From Octopus bimaculoides (taxonomy: Eukaryota): a DNA stretch of 64,000 nt. Below the pieces are notes generated by a model. That model had not been told where the DNA came from. It made no database searches and saw nothing but the letters and a program-made list of their open reading frames with translations. Of the stretch, positions 39,758 through 52,714 are shown piece after piece. The position numbers were made by a program, and so were the translations under genes. Position 1 is the first letter of the stretch. Every line of letters starts with the position of its first letter. The stretch spans positions 42,946,843 through 43,010,842 of the forward strand of contig NC_068981.1 in NCBI RefSeq assembly GCF_001194135.2, read 5' to 3'.

Positions 39758-40789
39758 AGGGAAAGAAGATGGAAGTGTATTACCTATGTCAAAACGTAAA
39801 AAAACATTCCAAATGCTCTTATTCTATCAAGACACCTGAATTTATTCAGGGAGTTAAGCAAAACATTGAAGACAATTCAAGAAAAATCAATGAGGTCAAT
39901 TGCAAAAAATTTCATGCGTCAGAAAAAAAAAACAAAAAGGTTGTGCATAAAGACATCAGATACAAATCTTACATGATGAGGAGAAGTCAATTTATGTCAG
40001 CAAAAAAAAATGAAAACTGTTTAATCAGATTCAAAAGACATTTGAATAAACTTAAAAATCCATTAGAGGATGGTGTGATTTCGTTTTTCTCAGATGAGAA
40101 AAACTTTGATCAGGACCAGAAAACTAAAAGAAATGACTGATGGTAATGTGCAGACCTTTCTGAGGTTCCAAGAGTAATGCACACAAAATTTCCTGCAAGT
40201 GTCATGGTTTTGGGTGTTGTTAGCAATGAAGTACATGTGATGCCTCCTCACTTTTTTCCACAAAGCCTTAGGGTGAATGATGCTGCATCTATTGTGGTTC
40301 TGGATAAAGTTGTTAAGCTTTGGATCAACAGTGTATGCAATAGAAGACCTTCCAATAAGATTTTGCACCATCACACAAGACTCAAATGACACAAAATTGG
40401 TTGGGTGACAATTTGCATGATCACATAACCCCCAACATTTGGCCTCCTAATTCTCCAGATCTCAATCCACTGGACTACTATGTATGGAGCATCACTGAGA
40501 AAAATGTTAACGAACACCCCCATAGCATCAAAGATTCTTTGAAAGCCACCATAGTTCAAGTCATGTCTGATATGAACAAAGACCACTTAATCCTAGCTTG
40601 TAAACGATTTCGACCCCACGTGGAGGCAGTTATTGATGCTTATGGTGGTTATATTGAATGAAATTATTACATTGATAATTTAGCTTTATGGTTATGCTAT
40701 TTTTATAAAAATACAGTTTTTCCTGTTATTATATAAGCATTTTTTTTTTTAACAATAAATCTGTCCTCAAATACCATCTGCATCCTGTA
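39758..40789 (+). mobile_element. DD37D (maT-like) transposase pseudogene with 3' terminal inverted repeat
   Basis: FFSDEKNFDQ (D at 40093), D at 40359 and WPPNSPDLNPLD (D at 40473). I counted exactly 37 codons between the last two Asp. Ends ...CAAATACCATCTGCATCCTGTA. Confidence 0.9.
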
Positions 40790-41009
40790 TATTTCATATA
40801 TATACATATATGTACACGTATATTTATGTACAAACACATGCACAAGTGAATGCGCATGTTAATACGTGTGTGTGAGTGTGTACACACACACATGCACACA
40901 TGTATGCATGCAAGCACACACACAAACACACACAGTGAAGGGAAGAAATCAAATTGCAGGAATTTGCTGAATATTTCATTATTAGTAGTATGGAAATTTT
41001 TAATCACAG

Positions 41010-41063
41010 CATTGCATCAGTTCCACTGAATCAACCACACAGCCCTTCTAACATCTATCACAG
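41010..41063 (+). CDS. Candidate 54-nt symmetric exon (IASVPLNQPHSPSNIYH), phase 2 to 2
   Basis: ggaaatttttaatcacag|C...CAG|gtaagt; one open frame, same phase as 36172-36234. Confidence 0.55.
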
Positions 41064-42043
41064 GTAAGTTCAGTAAGCCAAATTTGTTTTCTTCATAGAG
41101 AGCTTATGAAGTATTTGCATGATTTTTAAACCTTTTTTCATTTGATGTGTATACACACACATTATCATCATCATTGTTTAACGTCTGCTCTCCATGCTGG
41201 CATGGGTTGGACGATTTGACATGGAGCTGGGTCAGTTTCCATCTAACAAATTCTCTCATAATGCTGTGGTTAGCCAGGGACTAAAATAGAAGATACTTGG
41301 CCAAGGTACCACACAGTGGGAATAAACCCGGAACCATATTGTTAGGAAGCAAACTTACTATGCACCCACACTCATACAGTCATCATCATTTAATGCCTAT
41401 TTTCCATGCTGGTAAGGGGTGGATGGTTTGACAGGTGCTGGCAACGCAGAGAGCTGCACCAGGCTTCAGTAGTCTGTTTTGGTATGGTTTCCATGGCTAG
41501 ATGCCCTTCTTAATGTCAACCACTTTACAAAGTGTACTGGTTGCTTTTTATGCGGAACCAACTTGGGTGCTTTTTATGTGGCATCAGCATCAGTGTTTTT
41601 TACATGGTACCAGCACAGATGCTTTCTATTTGGCAGCAGCATTGGTGCTTTTTGCGTGGCATTAGCAACTGAAGGAGTTCACCAAGCAACTTGCAAAACA
41701 AAGATCTTTCAGCTGAGAGAAGTGGAACCGGGAGAAATGGTTGAGCGTGTGGAGAGAAGTTAGAGTATGATAGAGAGAGAGCAATAGCTATCTTACTATG
41801 AAGGCGATACATGGATACCCTAGTGGGAGAAGCAAGGATAGGAACGTGGGAGAGAGTTTGACAGAAAGAAAGAGAGAGAGAGACAGTCAGAGTGAAAAAG
41901 AAAGAGAAAGAGAGGGAGAAGGCCTACCGATATGGGATGGTGGGGTGGGGGAGAATAAGTGGTACAACAGAGTTCCATAAAAATGTGAGGTGAGATGTTT
42001 AGAGATAGCAAATGATGGTGAGAGGAATTGCAGTGGCTGGGAG

Positions 42044-42122
<79 letters not shown>

Positions 42123-44189
42123 ATTTTCATTGTTACTTAAGCTCCAAGTTTATCACTTGTTAAACCACATTATTTTAACAATAGAATGTTATATAATAAC
42201 TGCAAGTTTGCCATTGAGTAAGAATATAATGATGAATACATTTAAAATTCTTCATTCAATTGTCATCCGGTTTCACCATTGTTTTTTAATCTAATGTTAA
42301 GATTCTGTTTTATATTATATTATACATACCTGTTATTTGAAATGTATTCAGTCATTTGAGAAGCAATGTTGGCAAAACTTCAAGTGAGGCATAATTTTCA
42401 AATGAAACCATATGACCTTTACTTCAAGTATTGAGTTCTGTTTTTTGCTAAATTATGAATTTGGGTATATGTGTGTGTGTATATGTATATTGACATATAT
42501 AAGTATACTTTTATATGTGCATATACATATATATCTAACTATACATATTTATATGTATATTTGCATATATGTATATGTGTGTATGTATTCATGTATGTAT
42601 GCATGAATGTATGTATGTATGTATGTGTGCATGAATGTATATATATATATATATATATACACATATATATATGCATAAACAGACATAAACATATTCATTT
42701 TATATATCTATATGTCTATATATGTATGTCTATATAAACACTTTATGCATATATTTGTGTGTGCTTTTGCTTGTATATAAAGATTAAATGTATCTCAGCT
42801 GCAATCCTCAAGAGGCTGGGAATAAAATTTTAAACAACTAAGTACTAATAATTGTAAGTGAATTTTTTCTATATCTTTTTATTGATGTAAACTTTCAGAT
42901 ATGTACTTTACTCATTTATTTTTTCCTGAAATTTTACATTTTTTTTTCTCTCTCTCTCTAGTTAACTGTGAAAATAAACACAAACTAAAATCCTAAGTAT
43001 GAAGCAAAAATCTCAGAAAGAAAGAAAATGTATGTTGAAGTGTTAACAAGTTGATGCAAATGCTTTTTATCTAATTTTTTAAAAATTGTTTCTTGTTGAT
43101 TCTCTCAATTATGCTCTTCTGGATGAAAACTGTCAAAGTGAATTTTTATTATGTGAGAAATTAATAAATTTGTCATTGCCAAAGAAAGTAGTGAGTGATT
43201 TTTCACTTGGAAATCTTGTTTCATTTCAATCCAGCTGATAAACATAAAAGTTTATAGATAAACCTGACTTTTATTTTTATGTTTTTCATTTTCTGAGCAA
43301 TTCCCTCTATGGCGTAGTCAATTTGATGATTTCATTTATAGGAGGAAAAATTGTTTCTATTCAACAAATACATAAAATATAAATAAATGTAAAATATAAT
43401 AAAGAAATTAATAAATTTAGCAATTTGTGAAGAGAAAACAAAATCCAATTTTAATTTTCATCTTTTATAAACAACTTTACAAAAATAGAATGAATGAAAT
43501 ATAATTTCTACATTCATTTGTCTCTGCTGCCATATGTTTGATAATTTTTGAAATTAATAAAAATATATAATAATAAAATTTAATAATAACATTGAATTTA
43601 AGTATACTTGTTTAAACTGGGATTTACTTTCTTAAAATAAACTCTTCATATGAGCTGAGTTTTGGTGGCTATAAATTGCACAAAGTTTCCAAACAATTTT
43701 GATTTCCTGTTGTAGCTGTGTAACTTTACCTTACATCAGCAATGTCCTGAAATAGTTGCATTGTTATTCTCTATATTTAATGTCAGGTCAACCTTGAGAG
43801 AAAAGTCCAATGATCAAAATCCTCCCAGTTATAACCATCCCATGTTTTACTCCAACATAATGTATTGGGTATATATCTTTCTTATATTTAGACAGCTGGG
43901 TTCAATTTGGGAGAGATTTGATTGTTATTTTCTTAGCAGCTCGAGTATATGTGTAGGAATTTTAAGGTTTCAAGGGAGAATTGTGATTAATATTCAAAAA
44001 AGTGTAATGTATTTGTTTATACACATTCTGAAGAATTGTAGCTTGCTTTAATCTTAATCTGTGACTTTATTAAGTATTTTTGAGTATCACAGATTAAATC
44101 AATAATCAAAGACATTTCAGTTTTAGTTATTTTTTTACTTATTCTAGACCCTTCTAATTACAAACTTTTGAGCCCATCATAATTGTAAA

Positions 44190-45870
44190 AGAAAACATCA
44201 GGTATTAAATATGAATTCATATCTATTATCATTAAAAGAAAAGAAAGTTTTCTCAGTGTTATTTGTAGCAAAGCTTTATCAAATAATTCTGAGAAATCAA
44301 CAAAGTTAGAGCAATATTAGTAGAATATCTGTACTCAACTCAAGGACAAGAGGAAAATCTATTTTAGCATTATAGGATTGCTTTCAAAAACATGAAGTTG
44401 GTTTCAATGGATGTATTCCAAAGAACAAAGTGAAAAGTTATCAAAGCTTATGTCATATAACTAAAGATAGCAAAGCAGAAAAAACTACACACAATTTGGC
44501 AAATTTTGATCAAAGCTTGTGTCCTAAAAATGATGGAAATTGTGCTGAGAAATGAATTGAGAAAAAACATTCCAGCAACTTCACTATCAATCAGTACAGT
44601 TTGAAAAGGAAGCAGTGACAGGGCCACTGATATCAAGGATCAAGTTGTTCAGGAGTTCATGGTTGCTACATTTGATTTATTTTCAACTCAACTTGAATCA
44701 ACTGATGTGGCATTATGTTTCCAGTTGAGTTAGTTCTTGCAAGATATGTAAACCAGGTTCATTTAAAGAGAAGTTTCTCTTTTATTCTCTTTTAGAAATA
44801 ATCACCAAGCCTCAGATACTTTTGGAGAAGGTTTTCTCTTTCATGAAATCAGAAAATCCTTTGTGAGGTAATGTTTGAGGTAATGTTTGAGGTAATGTCT
44901 GTGGTGCTGTGTAGATGTAGCACCAACTATGTTGGGAATACAATCTGGATTTCAAGTTTAATTGAAACAGCAATCTACAAAGAGGAATAGCATTCACTGC
45001 ATAATCCATCTTTAAGTTCTTGTTCAAATACACTTCTGGCCCTATTGAAGAAATTTTGAGATGAAACAATTTAAACTGTGAATTTTGTGAAATGAAGAGC
45101 TTTCAACTTATGTCATTTTGACCCATTATATAATGTTATGGGGCTTTTTCCACTCATAAGTTCATTAATTTCGAAGATGAAATGTAACTCAATAAGTATT
45201 TGAGTTTAGAGACGATCTTTTTGACATTCAGAGTAAAATGGAATTGTGTTTACCTGACTGAATAATAAGGAATACATCATGCACCTTGCTTATTTGGTTG
45301 ATATTTTTGAGCAGCTGAATAAATGGAATTCGACATAAAAGAATGAATGTGAATATCCACAATAATCATTGATTCCCAGAAAGCTTTCTTAAAGAAATTG
45401 GAAAATTGGAAGAGAAAGGTCAATATCAAAAATGTTGCGATGTTTGAGAAACTGTCATCAATTTTTGTTGTTGGCAATGAAGACTAAGTGTTTCGAAAAT
45501 TTACAAAAAATAAAACTATGCAGCGTTTGACAGCACTAGAAAATTAATTCAGTCAATATTTTCCTGAATTCAGTGATGAGGAGCAGGATTTACTGTGAAT
45601 TCCATTTAAAGTGTCATTTGAAAAGTTCTTGATTATTGTTATGATGAATTACTAGAGCTGAATAACAATTTGGGAGCAAAAGTTATATTTGATGAGAAAC
45701 TAATAATAGAATTGTGGCCCTTGATGATTCCTATCCAAAGGTGTTGGAAAGAACTAACACATACATTGCATTTATTTGCCACGACGTATTTTCGTGAATC
45801 AGGCATTTCAATTTTGTTGCAAACAAAAACAAAGCAACAAAGTAGATAGGAAAAAAAAAAACAAATTACC
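44190..45870 (+). mobile_element. hAT (Buster/Charlie, ZBED5/ZBED8-like) transposase pseudogene
   Basis: SVICSKALSN (BED finger), KIAKQKKLHTI, DIKDQVVQE, FSTQL-ESTDVA, NVCGAV.VAPTMLGIQSGFQ..NSIHCIIH, HLAYLVDIFEQLNK, FLKKLENWKRK, FATTYFRESGISIL. Many stops. Confidence 0.85.
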
Positions 45871-46369
45871 TGCATTGTACCTTTTCAAGCATTCTTTTGA
45901 ATATCAAAGAATTGGTCAAGAAAACACAATCACTGATTTATTATTGATTGTATTCACCAGAATAGAATTAATTATAATACTATGGTATTCTATTGAACTT
46001 TTTAGTTTATTGAAATATATTTCAGTAGCTTTGGTCTGTTAAGTAATTAGTCTTGAATATAAAATCTACTTTAGTTTCAAAGGTGATCAACATTTTCAGA
46101 TGTTATTAAATTTGTAAGACATCTTTATAAATATAATCCAAATGTACAAGTACTATCTTTAATCTTTTACTTGTTTCAGTCACTGGACTGTGGCCATGCT
46201 ATAGCACTGCTTTAAAGAGTTTTAGTCGAACAAATCAACCCCAGTACTTATATTTTGAAAGCCTGGTACTTATTCTATTGGCCTTATTGAATCACTAAGT
46301 ACTATGGTAATGTAAAACTGATTGTGAAGTGGTGGTGGGGGACAAAAACACACACACATATATATATAT

Positions 46370-46640
46370 AGTTCAAATTTACAGGAAGCAAAAGACGAAG
46401 ATAGGTGAAGGAACAGCAAGCACGTGTATTAGTTTAATGCTCGGGAAGAATGGAAGTGTCTTTGATGTTTCAAACCTACACTCTTTGACAGAAAGCATTG
46501 AAAGGAAAAAAACAGAGAGAGAAAAAAATGCGCAGAGATTAACAGTTCAACATGATGAAATGGCAAGGAGAAAGAGGCTGAATGAAAAGGAGATAATAAC
46601 AGTGACCCATGTGATTGAAGGTGTGGAAGTGCATGTGTGT
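46370..46640 (-). mobile_element. (TA)n-adjacent Penelope-like terminal repeat fragment with a decayed hammerhead-like motif
   Basis: - strand CTTT-CTGTCAA-AGAGTGTAGGTTT-GAAACATC-AAAG at 46460-46495; starts immediately after a (TA)n tract. Confidence 0.5.
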
Positions 46641-47843
46641 ATGTGAGAATGGTGTGTGTCAGTGTGTATGTGCAGATGGGGGCAAGTGCGTGAGTATGTA
46701 TGTGTGGGTGAGCTTAAAATTATGTGGGCCTATGTGTATAGGTATATAAATAATGTGTTGTGTGTACATTTTGAGGGATGATGTGCATTTCATGTACTAG
46801 TGTGTATGTGTGTGTGTGTGTGTGTGTGTGTTTGTGTGTGAGTGTGTGTGTTTCATGGATTTCTTTCACTTTCTTTCTACCTAATTCACTTTCAAGGCTT
46901 TGGTTAGCCTGGAACTAAAGTTGAAGGCATACCATGCAGTGAGACTGAACCTGAGACCATGTGGCTGGGAAGCAAGCTATTTACCACACCATCACAAGTG
47001 CATCTATAATATAGAAACTAAAGAAAAAATTTCCATGTTATATGCCTATTATTTAGAATGAACACAAATTCTTAAACAACATAGAAAAGGACAGAATGAT
47101 GTTCTGAAACACAGTGGAAAGTTTACATTGAAAACCATTGGCATAGATGCTTCATAATTGGCTCATAATGGATGACTGGTTTATTATGAGACAACCAACA
47201 CATTTATCATAAATTTATGTTTGCCCATTGTCTCTGGTCAAGACAATTCTACTTGCCTCACTAGTTGAAGAATATCAGATGTAAATTATTATAAAGTGTT
47301 GTTGCTATTTAGATCTAAAAGCTTTTCAGAAATAACTATACTGTCTTTAATTTCAACATAATATAGCTTGCACTATATCATCCTATGTGTCTATTTTAAG
47401 ATAATAAGGTGTAGTTTGAGGAATATTTGCTTGCTATTTCTAACAGGTTAAATGACCATGTACATGCTTTCTCATTAACTTGAATTAACATTGTAGATAT
47501 AGTGTAATGTTGCACAACAAACTTAAATGTCTTGAATTTCTGTTATAGTTGTTTAACCCCAGGTCAACCCTGACTGAGCCTATAAAAAAAGACAAAGAAT
47601 ATCAGAAAGAAAGAAAATATGAAAATGTGGAATTGAGAGCACCACAGAGTGGAAAGAACTGTATACTGCTTCTAAACTTCAAATACAGCTTCTAATGTCA
47701 CTCTCAATATATTTCCATGCAGGTTAACTTGCTTATGTTAGTGCCATTTTGCTTTATCCAAGATGCAATAAAAAATTTTCAACATCAGGTAAAACTTCCA
47801 TCTTTTATTCTATCCTCAAAATCATCATTAAATTGTTAACTAA

Positions 47844-48280
47844 GGTTACGAGTTGGCAGAATCATTAGCACACCCAGCAAAATCCTTAGCGGAATTTCAT
47901 CTGTCTTTACATTCTGAGTTCAAATTCTGCAAGGTCGACTTTGCCTTTCTTCCTTTCAGGGTCGATAAAATAAGTACCAGATGAGACTGAGATCGATGTA
48001 ATCGACTTACCCTGCCCCCAAAATTGCTGGCCATGTGCCAAAATTTGAAACCAATATTTTAAGGTGGCAAGATGGCAGAATCGTTAGCATCCTGGGCAAG
48101 ATGCTTAGCAGTATTTTGTCTGTCATTACGTTCAGAGTTCAAGTTCCATCAAGGTCGACTTTGTCTTTCATTCTTTCAGGGACAATAAATTAAGTACCAG
48201 TGAAACACTGGGGTTGCTGTAATCAACTAGTCTCCTCCCCAAAAATTTCAGGCCTTATGCCTTTAGTAGAAAGGATTATT
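47844..48280 (+). mobile_element. Two head-to-tail SINE family C copies (47844-48060 and 48063-48280)
   Basis: Each has TGGCAGAATC(A/G)TTAGC...GAGTTCAA...GGTCGACTTTG. Their 3' ends differ (GAAACCAATATT versus GAAAGGATTATT). Confidence 0.85.
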
Positions 48281-49799
48281 AAAACATAAAATGTTAAGTT
48301 TAATTCCTATTCTCTATGCAGAAGCTTGAAGAACCTGTACTGGCTCTAATTTCTGTGAAGGGAAGTGAATGACTTAAAAAAATTATTTTATTAGTTTCTG
48401 TTGCAAAGATGGGACTCTACTTGAAGAGTTCTGCCAGTCGTATTGATCTCAGCTTTTATTTCAGCATGGCATTTTTTGCATTGATTTGTCTAAATGATAA
48501 GCAATGGGGCATGAAGAAACAAAATACAAATAATTACAATTTTTAGACCAGTATAAACGCAAAAAACAGACATGGAAAGATACACACGTAGATGCACACA
48601 TATGCAAACACACACATACACACACACGTTTAGACAAAACACTTTTGAGACTGTGAGGAAGCTCCTACATAGTCATTTGATCTGCATGAAAAAGCACCCA
48701 AATCATCCTCAAAATTACACCATACCAACTTACAAAAGGGGAAGTCCACCATAGTAAATATAGTTCTTCAGGCACCTAAGAACATTGCATGGTCAGTAAT
48801 AGAATGCCTTTTCCTGTATGCCCTCTATAATCAAACAGAAGCCCATATCTCGATAAACATGGAGAAATAATATTGAGTGACTCTCCTCCTCATATTCCAA
48901 CTGAATAATACAAGATTATCAAAGCATGACATTGTAGTGGTACCAAATTGAATATTGCTATATGTATCATGACAGCAGACAAATTTAAAATCTTCACAAG
49001 TGAAAATAAGGATTTCTCCATTTAAAAATTTCAATTTTGACAGATTGGATTCAGCTTGCTAGGAAATCAATTACAAGAGGAGCTTTAATATCTCACCTAA
49101 ACTATTCTCTTTATTTCCATTCTTCATTACTTAAAATTTCTACTATAAAAGTCTTCCAATAACATCTTATTAAAAAATCTATTACAGAACATTTTTTCTT
49201 CTTTTTCTGCTGCCTTCCTGTAGCTTACATGTTTACTTACTCAAAGATAATAAATTTCCTAAATTGCCTATATTTCAAGTGAAAAATAAAGAAAATTTAT
49301 TTTATTTAAATCTAAATTTAAAATTGGACTTTACACACAACAAAGATACATTGGTGATGGTGGAGGATTGACAAACTAGTTTTGATATTGGCAAAATGCT
49401 TGAAATGTTTATTCCAGCTCTTTATATCCTAAGGTCAAATCTCATTGAGATCAACTTTGGCTTTCACCCCCTGGGCTTAAATAAGATAAAGTACTTGTCA
49501 GATACAAAGGACATTGGAATGCATTACAATGTTAGACTAGATCCCACATTATGGCTCAAACATGGGTTCCTATGGCAAGTGTAGTTACATAATGGTTTGA
49601 GTACACTACCAGCCCATAAAAAAGTTGTTGTGGACAGCTGGTCTAAATTCCTTTGTTTTAGTCTAGAGAAAGCATACATACATACATACATATGTATCTA
49701 CATACATACGTACAGACATACATACATACATTGCATTTGCAATCCAGGAACAGGAGATTGCCACAAATTACCTGGTAAACAAGAGACACTGTGACACTC

Positions 49800-50416
49800 T
49801 TGTAATCCCAAGGTGCAACTGCATGTGTAGGCTATGTCATGTTTCTGTGGAAGACATCACCCATGTGAGTAGCAGCTGTCCTAAATTGTCATCATGGTAC
49901 TACCTCCCTATGTGGCACAATGTTGTTGCTAAAACAATTTACAATGCCATCCGCAAGAAAGACTGTCCTGAAATAAATTTAGAAAATCCCTCCCTTATGG
50001 AATACATTCATAAACACTCGCTCAAGGAATACTGATGGGATATTACCATAAAAACTTCTGTCAAATGTAAACATAACAGGCTGGATATTGTCATTTGGGA
50101 CAGAGGGGAAGAGGTATGCCCCATCATAGAGGTCAGCTGCCCTGCAGATATAAATATCTCTTTGAAAATCAAAGAAAAAGAGGATACCTATGGACAACTG
50201 CTTCAAAAACTCCAGCTTCTATATCCAGACTATGAATTCATATTCATACCAATAATAATTGGAACACTAGGTTTTGTTAGTAAATGCTTAACGCAGAATC
50301 TGAATAAACTGGGATTTTCAGAAAGAGAAATCGACCAGCTAATTCATACATTATAAGTGTAATCTGTGAGTGGAATAGTAAAAATACGCAAGACTTTGCT
50401 CAAGTTCCAAATGTGA
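49800..50416 (+). mobile_element. R4/Dong/NeSL-type RLE LINE 3' end: CCHC knuckle plus restriction-like endonuclease
   Basis: CRLCHVSVEDITHVSSSCP (CCHC), WHNVVAK, EY*WDITIKTSVKCKHNRLDIVIWD...IIEVSCPAD...KEDTYGQL...IPIIIGTLG; three in-frame stops. Confidence 0.85.
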
Positions 50417-50542
50417 ATTTGTCTATGTTAACTACATCCCAAAGATGGAACCTTGTCTCTTTGTTAGAAACTGGCTCCTTCTTCAGTTGAAGAATTATAA
50501 TAATCAAAAAATAGAAGAGACATACATGCATAAATATATATA

Positions 50543-50675
50543 GGGAGACATGGGACAAAGTATTAAAGGGCAATCTCAAAATGGTGAGCATGAGGAAGGT
50601 GATGACAAAGGACTGAGGTCTGTGCTGCACTGCAGTACTTAAGAAGGCCCACCCATCACAAAAGAAATAATATCT
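50543..50675 (+). pseudogene. RTE LINE extreme 3' coding end
   Basis: ETWDKVLKGNLKMVSMRKVMTKD...AVLKKAHP resembles KTWDEV...DL.ML.L...MT.DR..WR.AV. Confidence 0.55.
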
Positions 50676-50689
50676 TCAAACTAAGGCGC

Positions 50690-51147
50690 CATACAAAAAG
50701 CATTGGTGATTGTGCCATATAAAAAGCACCCAGTATATGCTGCTGTAGAAAGCAAGTGTGAAACAGACAATGGAACCTGGTGCGGCCCTCTGGCCTTGCC
50801 AATTCCTGTCAAGTCATCTAACCCATGCTGGCATGAAAAACAAATGTTAAATGATGATGATGATGATGACGTTGATGACGATGATGACGACGACGACGGT
50901 GACGCCGCCGCCACTGCCGCCACCACCGCCACCACCACCNNNNNNNNNNNNNNNNNNNNNNNNNNNNNNNNNNNNNNNNNNNNNNNNNNNNNNNNNNNNN
51001 NNNNNNNNNNNNNNNNNNNNNNNNNNNNNNNNNNNNNNNNNNNNNNNNNNNNGCCGTTGCCGTTGCCGCTTCCGCCGTTGCTGCTTCCGCCATCGCCGCT
51101 TCTGCTGCCGCCACCGCTTCTGCTGCCACCGCCGCCGCCGCCGATGA
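50690..51147 (+). repeat. SINE family B tail extending into a GC-rich trinucleotide array with an internal N gap
   Basis: (GAT)n, (GAC)n, (GCC)n, (CAC)n, gap, (GCCGTT)n/(GCC)n, then GATGAT. Confidence 0.8.
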
Positions 51148-51579
51148 TGATATATGCCTACAGGCATTGCCCATGTTATGATAACTTCAGGTCTAGAAAT
51201 TGTAAGGTATGACCACACTAATTTCAGGATAGAGTCTATAATTTCCCCCATGCATTAACTTGAATAAATTTTAAGAATTTAAAAACTACTTTCTTCTTAG
51301 CAAAAAGCTGAATTCTCTGCCTCTTAGTTTAAATCAAACTACATAACGATATGAAAACCTATAATCACGATATATATATACACGCACACAAACACTTAGA
51401 CACATCACATACATACACACGTATATACATGCATATTCACATATACACACGTATATACATACATATTCGCACATACACACAATATATATGTACACACACA
51501 CACACAAATATACATATATGTATGTATATGGTGGTTGTCTAATCTTTATGCAGAGTCTGACCATTTCTTGTACCTACAC

Positions 51580-51745
51580 CTTAGATGTATCAATGCGTCT
51601 GATGTAGCTTTTTAAACTAGACAGTGTTTTGTAAAAACACCCACATAGATTGCATATCTGATTTGGATCACCAAGAGCTAAAGTTAAGTTCTGACCTTTG
51701 TGGATCTTACAATGTCTTTTGAGACCTCTGTTAGCTTTGCAGACC
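51580..51745 (-). pseudogene. Decayed C2H2-like zinc-finger pair, probably a LINE C-terminus
   Basis: KVCKANRGLKRHCKIH ... ICNLCGCFYKTLSSLKSYIRR. The first Cys of finger 1 is replaced by an adjacent SINE and the His of finger 2 is mutated. Confidence 0.5.
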
Positions 51746-51754
51746 TTATACTCA

Positions 51755-51962
51755 TGGGCCCAGTTTCCCGGTTTCAATGGCCTATGTGTCCCCCAGATGG
51801 ACGGGATGCCAGTCCGTCACAGCGTTACTCATTTTTGCCAGCTGAGTGGACTGGAGCAACGTGAAATGAAGTGTTTTGCTCAAGAACACAACGCGTCGCC
51901 CGGTCCAGGAATCAAAACCACAATCTTACGATCATGGTGCTGACAGAGTAACCGCTAGGCCC
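51755..51962 (-). mobile_element. tRNA-derived SINE family F with a V/Meta-like central domain
   Basis: - strand GGCCTAGCGGTT (box A), TTTGATTCCTGG (box B), TGTGTTCTTGAGCAAAACACTT, GTGACGGACTGGCATCCCGTCCA. Second decayed copy at 62920-63118. Confidence 0.7.
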
Positions 51963-52299
51963 CCCCCCCCACATATATATATATGAAGGGCTTCTTTCAG
52001 TTTCTGTCTACCAAACCCACTCCCAAGGCTTTGGTTGGTCTCAGGTTATAGTAGAAGACACTTGCTCAAGGTGCCACACAGTGGGACTGAACCTGGAACC
52101 ATGTGGTTGGAAAGCAAGCTTCTTACCACAGAGCCACTCCTGTGCCTGTAGATTTTTATAAACACATTTCTCCCATAATATGGATGATTTCTATACTGCC
52201 CACCCACACATGCATGCCCTCGTGCACACATGCACACACACATGCATGTAACTGTGTATCAATGGACATTAAATGATGATGATAATATATACATTATTG

Positions 52300-52640
52300 T
52301 ATTCGATTTCCTTTACTTGTTTCAGTCATTAGACTGGCCATGCTGGGGAAGCACCTTGAGGAATTGTAGCCCAATGAATAGATGCCCTCCACCTTTTTTT
52401 TTTCGATCTTGTTATGGTCCCTTTTTATTAGGGCTATAAGCACACTGACACTAGTTATCAAGTGGTGGTGGGAGACAAGCACACACACACACACATATAC
52501 ATGACATTTTCTTTCAGTTTCCAACTAACAAATCTGCTCATGAGGCTTTGGTCAGCCCAAGGCTATAATGGAAAACACTTGTCCAAGGTGGCACACAGTG
52601 GGACTGAACATGAGACCTTGTATTTGGGAAGCAATTACCA
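52300..52640 (-). mobile_element. SINE family A, decayed
   Basis: Runs from the tail TTTACTTGTTTCAGTCATT to the head CCAGACAGCCATACC. Confidence 0.8.
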
Positions 52641-52714
52641 GACAGCCATACCTTAGTGGTATATTAGCAGTAATTTGCTTTGGGACTACAACATACTAAA
52701 GAAAATTCGTATAT

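Noticed and set aside
50703-51251. Poly-Pro/Asp/Gly/Arg ORFs in several frames
   Set aside because: Translation of trinucleotide repeats across an N gap.
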